A stretch of 64,000 nt of DNA from Bacilli bacterium (lineage in GTDB: Bacteria > Bacillota_I > Bacilli_A > RFN20 > CAG-826). Shown in pieces: positions 57,741 through 64,000 of this stretch. Numbering within the stretch: position 1 is the first letter of the stretch; every line of letters begins with the position of its first letter. The notes beneath the pieces are model-generated. The model was not told the origin of the DNA, did no database searches, and worked only from the letters and a program-made list of their open reading frames with translations. The stretch is taken from assembly GCA_045222195.1 (NCBI GenBank), contig JBGUXN010000028.1, positions 41,045 through 105,044 of the forward strand, written 5' to 3'. Both the position numbers and the translations under genes were made by a program.

Positions 57741-58340
57741 TTATTCAACGTAAATAATTTGTACTTGTCTTTGGGCACCTTCACCAATGGATTCGGTACG
57801 AATGTTTGGCATGTTATTTAAAGCGTTATGAATAGCTCTTCTTTCATCCGCTGGCATTGGATCAAATGTGTAAGTAGTCTTTGTTCTTTGCACATCGTGA
57901 CCATATCTTCTCGCCATACGAACTAAACGAGAGTATTTGCTATCTTTATAACCGTTGATATCTAATAAGATTCTAAATCTCTTATGGAAGTGATTGCTAA
58001 CGGCTAATTTAACTAATTCGTTGAGGGCCTGTAATGTTTTACCATTTCTACCGATTAAAATTGGGTTATGGGTAGAATCAATGGTAATACGAATGACTTG
58101 GTCATCTAATTTGGTATTAACGCTGCTTTCAATTTCTAAAGCATCGGTGACACCTAATAAGTAATCTTCAGCGAATCTAATAACGTCTGCTAAGTCGTAG
58201 ACTTCAACAACGATTTTCTTTGAAAATAAACCTTTTTTCTTATCAGAAACGATATAAATTAAATCGTCAACAGCAATACCGGTTTCACTAGCGGCATTTT
58301 GGAGGGCTTCTTCAACTGTTTTTCCAGTATATTGTTTCAT
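57741..58340 (-). CDS. khpB: Jag/KhpB RNA-binding protein (KH + R3H)
   Basis: 199 aa; domain order and position after yidC. Confidence 0.8.
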   Translation of the reverse strand: MKQYTGKTVEEALQNAASETGIAVDDLIYIVSDKKKGLFSKKIVVEVYDLADVIRFAEDYLLGVTDALEIESSVNTKLDDQVIRITIDSTHNPILIGRNGKTLQALNELVKLAVSNHFHKRFRILLDINGYKDSKYSRLVRMARRYGHDVQRTKTTYTFDPMPADERRAIHNALNNMPNIRTESIGEGAQRQVQIIYVE

Positions 58341-58343
58341 ATA

Positions 58344-59864
58344 TTAATTTCCTTTCTTTTTAGCTCTCGCACTATTGATTTTTTCAATAATGAGGGTTTG
58401 TACAAGTGAGAATATGGCGCCGACAAACCAATACACGCCCATCGCGGCTGGGAGCATAAAGCCCATGAAAATAATCATAGCCATCATGACATATGTGAAC
58501 ATTTTCATCTTACTTTGTTGATCTTGTTGAGCAGGATTCTTGCCTAAAGAAGCAACTTTCTTACGTTTTTGCTTTTGAATCCATTGTGGTAATAACATCG
58601 CTAAAACTTGTGCGGCCGCCATTAAAAGGAAGAGGATTAATGCTGTAATAGCACAGAATCCACCAGCAGCAGTCCAGTTAGTACCGTTAAACAAAACAGT
58701 ATTAATGTTATCGGAAAGATGTAAGTTCAAGAATGAGTCAGATGACAAGCTCGCGCATCCTTGTAATGCACCCCACACACAGATAAACACAGGGAATTGA
58801 ACAATCATTACAAGTAATGAACTAAGAGGATTAATCTTGTTCTTCTTATAAAGTTTATTCATCTCTTGCGCCATCATTTGTTTTTCATAATTGTTGGTGT
58901 TGGAGTTTGGATATTTGTTTTGAATCTTCGTAATTTCAGGTTGTAAGGCTTGCATTTTAGCGTTGCCGGCTGTTTGTTTGATGGTGACAGCAAGCATTAA
59001 TGATCTCACGATGAAAGTAATAGCGAAAATCGCTAATAATTGGGCAAGACCACCCATAACGCCAGCGTTTTTAAATCCAGCAACAAATGTTTCGGTTAAC
59101 CAGGCAATTGGATAAACGAGTAAACCTTCAAAGAAAGTGAATTTGCCGTTGATTTTCCATGCATACGCCCATGTTTTTGCTTCAATGTGGACGGAAACTC
59201 TATCTTCTCCACGGTATTTAGCACCATTAGCGTAGCCATAGTAGCCGTAATCGCCTTCTGTAATAGCGATACATGAACGGTAACCATTAATTAAGGCATT
59301 AAGGTCTTTCTTATAAAGAGTTAAGTAGTCGTTTGTTGGTAAATCGTCTAAAACGATACCGCTCGAAGAATCTTGGGACATTTCAAATAACTTGTTATTT
59401 AAGTTATCCCAGCCTTCCCATAAAGTATCGCCAGCGTATTTAAGATAACCAAAGTTGTCTAATGCTTTGATGGCATCTTCAAAACCAACAGTAGCTTTGT
59501 CTAAACTACTTGCTTCAAGGGCTTGCTCTAAGACCAATTGGTCCATTTTTACAAAGTAATTATTTGATGGTACCCTAATGTTTGCTTTTTTAGCATCAGC
59601 ATTAACTTTACCAATACCACTAGAAGTGGATGTTGGAACAACAACTTTGTAATAAATGTTGGTGTTGCCTTCAAATACTGGTTCTAAAGCATTGCCATCA
59701 GCATCGGTTGCGGCATCATAATAATCACTTACGCCATAATCAAAGGCGTACAAAATATGCGCTTTGTCGTTAGCCGAACAAAACGAAGCTGTACATCCTG
59801 ATAAAAGAAGTGCGCCTGCAAGAACTGCAATTCCTGCGATGGTAAGTTTTGTTCTTTTTTTCAT
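58344..59864 (-). CDS. yidC: membrane protein insertase YidC/OxaA-type lipoprotein with large N-terminal extracytoplasmic domain
   Basis: Lipobox LLSGC, ~230-aa extra domain, then YidC 5-TM core (...KMQALQPEITKIQNKY..., C-terminal KK-rich tail). Confidence 0.85.
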   Translation of the reverse strand: MKKRTKLTIAGIAVLAGALLLSGCTASFCSANDKAHILYAFDYGVSDYYDAATDADGNALEPVFEGNTNIYYKVVVPTSTSSGIGKVNADAKKANIRVPSNNYFVKMDQLVLEQALEASSLDKATVGFEDAIKALDNFGYLKYAGDTLWEGWDNLNNKLFEMSQDSSSGIVLDDLPTNDYLTLYKKDLNALINGYRSCIAITEGDYGYYGYANGAKYRGEDRVSVHIEAKTWAYAWKINGKFTFFEGLLVYPIAWLTETFVAGFKNAGVMGGLAQLLAIFAITFIVRSLMLAVTIKQTAGNAKMQALQPEITKIQNKYPNSNTNNYEKQMMAQEMNKLYKKNKINPLSSLLVMIVQFPVFICVWGALQGCASLSSDSFLNLHLSDNINTVLFNGTNWTAAGGFCAITALILFLLMAAAQVLAMLLPQWIQKQKRKKVASLGKNPAQQDQQSKMKMFTYVMMAMIIFMGFMLPAAMGVYWFVGAIFSLVQTLIIEKINSARAKKKGN

Positions 59865-59878
59865 TTAATAGTTCCTAT

Positions 59879-60199
59879 CTATAAATTGAGTAATTGTTCT
59901 AAAGACGTTTTGTTATCGTCAAATGTACGATTAAGGAAGCCTTGTTTAACAACGATAACGATATCAGTGTGTTGTTTTTCATAATCAATGAGTTCATCGC
60001 ACATTGATCTAACTTGTCTTTTGATGTGATTGCGAACCACAGCGTTACCTAACTTAGAAGAAACAGAAATACCGACTCTTGTATATTGAAATTCATTGGT
60101 GCGGTAGTGGATGACAAACGATTGGTTACGCTGCGCTTTGCCTTTTTTAATCGTTAGAGCAAAGTCATCAGTTGCTTTAATACGATTAATAACTTTCAT
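59879..60199 (-). CDS. rnpA: ribonuclease P protein component
   Basis: 106 aa basic protein between rpmH and yidC. Confidence 0.85.
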   Translation of the reverse strand: MKVINRIKATDDFALTIKKGKAQRNQSFVIHYRTNEFQYTRVGISVSSKLGNAVVRNHIKRQVRSMCDELIDYEKQHTDIVIVVKQGFLNRTFDDNKTSLEQLLNL

Positions 60200-60211
60200 A
60201 GATTACCTCTA

Positions 60212-60346
60212 TTAGTCGGCTAATTTTTTACGACCTTTAGCTCTGCGGCGAGCAAGAACGCGACGACCATTTGCGGATTTCATACGAGCACGGAATCCGG
60301 CTTTGTGTTGATGTTTAATTTTACTTGGTTGATATGTTCTTTTCAT
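60212..60346 (-). CDS. rpmH: 50S ribosomal protein L34
   Basis: Translation [44 protein letters not shown] read from the reverse strand (ATG = RC of 60344-60346); below the 60-aa ORF-track cutoff. Confidence 0.9.
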   Translation of the reverse strand: MKRTYQPSKIKHQHKAGFRARMKSANGRRVLARRRAKGRKKLAD

Positions 60347-60514
60347 AAAAGAAACCTCCTATACATAGCGAGATAAGTTTAATAGCATTTATAAATAAAT
60401 GTCAACAAAAGATATTTTTTTCACCATTTTGCAACCTATAGTTACTCAAATATCTAAAAGTGAGATTATATCTCATGATTAAGAGGTGTATAATGTTTGA
60501 AAGAGGTTTGTTTT

Positions 60515-61537
60515 ATGCAACATATGTTATCCAAAGGCCCTTTATTAAATGAAAAGGGTGATTTAAATGAAGCTGGTTACGCTTTTTCTTTGGTTAAGGA
60601 ATACCGAAGAAAAGATATTAAGGGATTAAAAGGTAGAATCAAGGAATGGGATTACTATTTCATCAACGATGACGAATATGGTGTCGCATTAACAATTGAT
60701 GATAATTCATATATGGGCATGGCGTCCGTATCTGTACTCGATTTTAAAAACAGGTGTGAGCACACAAAATCGTATATCGTGTGGTTCACATACGGAAAAG
60801 TCGGATTCCCTTCCTCTTCTGAAGATGGCGATGTTTCGATCAAAGGCAAAAATTTCGACATGCTTTTCGAGAACAAAAACGGACGTAGACATTTGGTCTG
60901 TAAGCTCAAAAACCTTGCAAAACTCAAGGATTTTCAGTGTGACATCACCTTAGAAGCCACAAACGAGGGGTCAATGGTAATCGCTACACCATTCAAGAAA
61001 AAGGGACATTTTTACTACAATCAAAAAATAAATCTCTTAAAAGCAAAAGGCTCATTCCAATTTGGTGATCTAGTTCACAAGATAGGTGAGAAAGCATTAG
61101 GTGTTCTAGACTGGGGTCGTGGTGTATGGACTTATAAAAACACCTGGTATTGGTCAAGTCTGAACGCAAATTATGAAAATCATAACATCGGATTTAATTT
61201 GGGCTATGGTTTTGGTGATACAAGCGCAGCATCCGAGAATATGTTTTTCTATGATGATAAAGCTTATAAATTAGAGGATGTAGTTTTCAATATACCTAAA
61301 GGTAAAAATGGAAAAGATGACTTTATGAGTCCTTGGACATTCACTAGTAAAAACGGTGATATTAATTTAATATTTAATCCGATTATCGATAGGTATTCGA
61401 ACACCAATGTTTTAGTCATTCAAAGCAATCAGCATCAAGTATTCGGATATTTCTCTGGAACCATAAAGGTGGAAAACAAGGTTATTGAGTTCAAAGACCT
61501 CTTAGGGTTTGCGGAAAAAGTCATGAATAGGTGGTAA
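60515..61537 (+). CDS. hypothetical soluble protein (DUF2804-like?) inserted between rpmH and dnaA
   Basis: ~340 aa, W/Y-rich (WTYKNTWYWSSLNANYENHNIGFNLGYGFGD); AAAGAGG RBS before ATG 60515; family name from memory only. Confidence 0.5.
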   Translation: MQHMLSKGPLLNEKGDLNEAGYAFSLVKEYRRKDIKGLKGRIKEWDYYFINDDEYGVALTIDDNSYMGMASVSVLDFKNRCEHTKSYIVWFTYGKVGFPSSSEDGDVSIKGKNFDMLFENKNGRRHLVCKLKNLAKLKDFQCDITLEATNEGSMVIATPFKKKGHFYYNQKINLLKAKGSFQFGDLVHKIGEKALGVLDWGRGVWTYKNTWYWSSLNANYENHNIGFNLGYGFGDTSAASENMFFYDDKAYKLEDVVFNIPKGKNGKDDFMSPWTFTSKNGDINLIFNPIIDRYSNTNVLVIQSNQHQVFGYFSGTIKVENKVIEFKDLLGFAEKVMNRW

Positions 61538-61650
61538 TCCACATATCCACCGGTCGAGGAAAAGTGGAAAACTTGTCCACAAAATTAAGAATGTGGAAAA
61601 GTGGAAAACTCACTATAGTACGACATTTCAAATATACGTTGTGGAAAACT
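61535..61650. repeat. DnaA-box cluster upstream of dnaA (oriC part 1)
   Basis: TAATCCACA (~61535-61543), TTGTCCACA (~61573-61581) and four copies of GTGGAAAAC / TGTGGAAAA (~61563, 61592, 61601, 61641), all within one mismatch of TTATCCACA or its complement. Confidence 0.6.
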
Positions 61651-61716
61651 TTAAAATGAGTAATTTAACATATCAAATAATTGTGAATTATTTTATAATG
61701 TTTCACACGAAACAGG

Positions 61717-63105
61717 GTGAATAGTATGAACAGTTCAATATCAGAAATGACCAGGATCTGGCAGAAAACATTAAAACTAGTCGATGAGAGATTAGGCGAA
61801 AGACAAATATTTGATTCTTTCTTCGCCGATACCTACATCAACGACATCAAAGGCGACACAATTACAGTTATCGTCAATTCATTAACCGCAGAAAGACTTT
61901 TATCTTCTAAATATATAGATTTATTAAAAGAAGCTGTTGCCGAAGTAACAGAATTTAGTTATGAATTAGTTTTCAAACAATTAGGTGATGTTAATAGTGG
62001 TAGAATCGCAAAATTAAATAATCAAAATAACGCAGAAGAAGAAACATCATTCTTTAAGAATGCGGAAATTAAAAGCGATTTAACATTTGATTCTTTCGTG
62101 GAAGGCGATTTCAACAAAGAAGCTTACCGCGCGGCATCCTTAATTTCTCAAAAACCAGGTGAAGTGTTCAATCCTTTATTCATCTATTCAAACTCTGGTT
62201 TAGGTAAAACACACTTATTGCACGCTATAGGTAATAAGATCAAAGCGAAAAATCCAAAAGCGAAAATTCTATACATCGATGCCAACGACTTTGTTGAAGA
62301 ATATGTAAAATTTGTCAAAGGCGAAAAAGAAAACGAGACATTAAAAGACTTCTTCTCCACTGTTGATGTGCTCTTATTTGATGATGTTCAATTTTTAGAA
62401 AATAAGGTTAAAACAGAAGAGATGTTTTTCTATGTATATCAAAAGATGATTAATAGCAATAAACAAATCGTCATCACCTCTGATAGACAACCAACTGAAT
62501 TAAAAGGTTTAGAAGATCGTCTTGTAACTAGATTCACCCAAGGACTTACGGTCAAAATCAACACCCCTGACCAAGATACTTGTGTGAAAATTCTTGAAAA
62601 GCAAATTGAAAATGAAGGACTTAAAATTGATAATTTTGATCCAGCAGTTCTTTATTTCTATGCTGATAAATTTAGCAACAATGTTCGTGAACTAGATGGT
62701 GCGTTTAATAGGTTAATTTTCTACGTCTCTCAAATTAAGCAAGTCGAGAAGATTACATTAGACGTTGCGATTGAAGCTGCACAAAATATCACCGGCATTA
62801 AAAACGTCGCCACACAGTTATCAGAAACCAAAATTATCAACGTGGTTGCAGACTATTACAATTTGGTGCCTTCTCAATTGACTGGTAAGGTCAGAACCGG
62901 CCAATTAGCGTTAGCGAGACACGTAGCCATGTATTTAATTAGGAATAATATAGATGTTCCATTGAGTAAGATTGGCAATATCTTTGGTGGTAGAGATCAC
63001 ACAACTGTTATGAACGGCATCATGAAAGTGGAAAATATGTTGAAAACTGACGAACCATTAAAGGCCGCGATTGAAGAACTACAAAAGAGAATTAAAAGCA
63101 ATTAG
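61717..63105 (+). CDS. dnaA: chromosomal replication initiator DnaA
   Basis: AAA+ Walker A GNSGLGKTHLLHAIG, DnaA signature domain IV. GTG at 61717 or ATG at 61726. Confidence 0.95.
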   Translation: MNSMNSSISEMTRIWQKTLKLVDERLGERQIFDSFFADTYINDIKGDTITVIVNSLTAERLLSSKYIDLLKEAVAEVTEFSYELVFKQLGDVNSGRIAKLNNQNNAEEETSFFKNAEIKSDLTFDSFVEGDFNKEAYRAASLISQKPGEVFNPLFIYSNSGLGKTHLLHAIGNKIKAKNPKAKILYIDANDFVEEYVKFVKGEKENETLKDFFSTVDVLLFDDVQFLENKVKTEEMFFYVYQKMINSNKQIVITSDRQPTELKGLEDRLVTRFTQGLTVKINTPDQDTCVKILEKQIENEGLKIDNFDPAVLYFYADKFSNNVRELDGAFNRLIFYVSQIKQVEKITLDVAIEAAQNITGIKNVATQLSETKIINVVADYYNLVPSQLTGKVRTGQLALARHVAMYLIRNNIDVPLSKIGNIFGGRDHTTVMNGIMKVENMLKTDEPLKAAIEELQKRIKSN

Positions 63106-63246
63106 TTTTATTTTAATAAAAAATGGAAATTAGATAACCTATTGTGATAAAATAGACTTAATGAGAAGAAATTGACTTATCCACAATTTCCACCGCGATA
63201 ATAATTATTATAAATAATAATAAATATAAAATAGAAAGGAACTTAT
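63106..63246. repeat. dnaA-dnaN intergenic origin region (oriC part 2): DnaA boxes plus AT-rich unwinding element
   Basis: Perfect TTATCCACA (~63177-63185), TGTGATAAA (~63144), then an AT-rich run ending ataataattattataaataataataaatataaaata before the dnaN RBS. Confidence 0.55.
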
Positions 63247-64000
63247 ATGAGATTTACAATTAAACGTGAAGAATTCCTCAAAGGCTTAAATACCGCAGCA
63301 AGAGCAGTTTCTAGTAAAGTTGCTATGCCAGTATTAGAAAATTTAAAAATCGAACTAACTGATAGAGGATTATTTATTACTGGATCTAATCTAGATATTA
63401 CAATCAAAACACAAGTTCCTTATAAACTGGGTGAAGAAGATATCATCAGAAACTATAAAGAAGGTTCCACTTTAATCAAAGCTAAACTTATCACAGACAT
63501 TGTTAGAAAAGTCGATTCTGATGAAATTACCTTAGATGTCATCGATTCTACAATTGCTACAATCAGTAACAATAGATCAGAATTCCGCTTAAATTGTGTC
63601 AAAGTTGATGAATACTTAGACTTAGATTTAGATGCCTCAGGTACTCAATTAAGCATGTCTGCTAATGATTTCAATACATTAGTTGCTCAAACAGCGTTCG
63701 CAGCATCCTTAAAAGAACAACGTCCTATCTTAACTGCTTTAAACCTTGAAGCTAAAGATGGTGTCTTAACCGCAACCGCTACAGACTCTGCTAGAATGGC
63801 AAGAAAAACACTTAGCATCCCACTAGGTGTTGAATTCTTAGCCAATGTTCCTGCTAAGATGATGGTGGAAGTCTCTCACTTATTAGAAGGTAAAGATTCT
63901 TTAGATATCGCTTTTAGCGATAAAAAAGCTTTATTCACCATCGGTACCACAATCGTTGCCACTAGATTAATCGCTGGTGATTATCCAAATACCAAAAATA
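63247..64000 (+). CDS. dnaN: DNA polymerase III beta sliding clamp (N-terminal 251 aa; continues past window end)
   Basis: MRFTIKREEFLKGLNTAARAVSSKVAMPVLENLKIELTD... typical DnaN N-terminus; AAAGGAAC RBS. Confidence 0.9.
   Translation, partial: MRFTIKREEFLKGLNTAARAVSSKVAMPVLENLKIELTDRGLFITGSNLDITIKTQVPYKLGEEDIIRNYKEGSTLIKAKLITDIVRKVDSDEITLDVIDSTIATISNNRSEFRLNCVKVDEYLDLDLDASGTQLSMSANDFNTLVAQTAFAASLKEQRPILTALNLEAKDGVLTATATDSARMARKTLSIPLGVEFLANVPAKMMVEVSHLLEGKDSLDIAFSDKKALFTIGTTIVATRLIAGDYPNTKN

Noticed and set aside
1-64000. tRNA/rRNA genes, CRISPR arrays, IS elements, integrases, prophage genes
   Set aside because: Scanned intergenic regions for tRNA T-arm motifs (GTTCGAATC-like), spaced direct repeats and transposase/integrase-like ORFs. 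None found.

Overview
This is a low-GC Firmicutes-type chromosomal segment that uses the standard genetic code (TGG Trp, TGA stop) and has strong AGGAGG-type RBSs. It ends at the replication origin.

Gene order, reading from the right-hand end on the minus strand, is dnaN / dnaA (preceded by DnaA-box clusters), then rpmH-rnpA-yidC-jag-mnmE-tatD-rnmV-ksgA-ispE, a truncated GlmU-like gene, a WG-repeat miniprotein, ROK glucokinase and a sugar-phosphate nucleotidyltransferase. The middle of the window is a large nucleobase/nucleoside salvage supercluster: a P-loop kinase, a stand-alone GMP-synthase ATP-pyrophosphatase subunit, hpt, xpt, a small membrane protein, a BMP-family nucleoside ABC transporter (bmpA-nupOPQ-like), apt, pyrP, upp and prs. 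Next to it sits an uncharacterised operon of three genes: an FAD oxidoreductase, a CofE-like protein and a DUF1846 protein.

Further left are lgt, a CPBP protease and two paralogous Big_2-domain lipoproteins. A third paralog sits at the left edge of the window, downstream of a membrane-anchored, domain-permuted GH3 glycosidase. Also present are a Na/Pi cotransporter and a polar-amino-acid ABC transporter preceded by what looks like a lysine (L-box) riboswitch. The rest of the left half contains gpmA, an isochorismatase-family hydrolase, an orphan RelB/DinJ antitoxin, a PstS-like binding protein with three small membrane proteins, a pckA plus Na+-translocating oxaloacetate decarboxylase operon, degV, birA, a HAD hydrolase, asnA, folA, thyA and an HTH-MNT / HepT-ASCH toxin-antitoxin pair. 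An rluA gene and an hsp20 gene with two CIRCE-like operators complete the left end.

No tRNA, rRNA, CRISPR array or obvious mobile element was seen. Several 5' leaders carry an intrinsic terminator directly in front of the RBS, which suggests cis-acting attenuators. All coordinates for non-ORF features were counted by eye and may be off by 1-2 nt.
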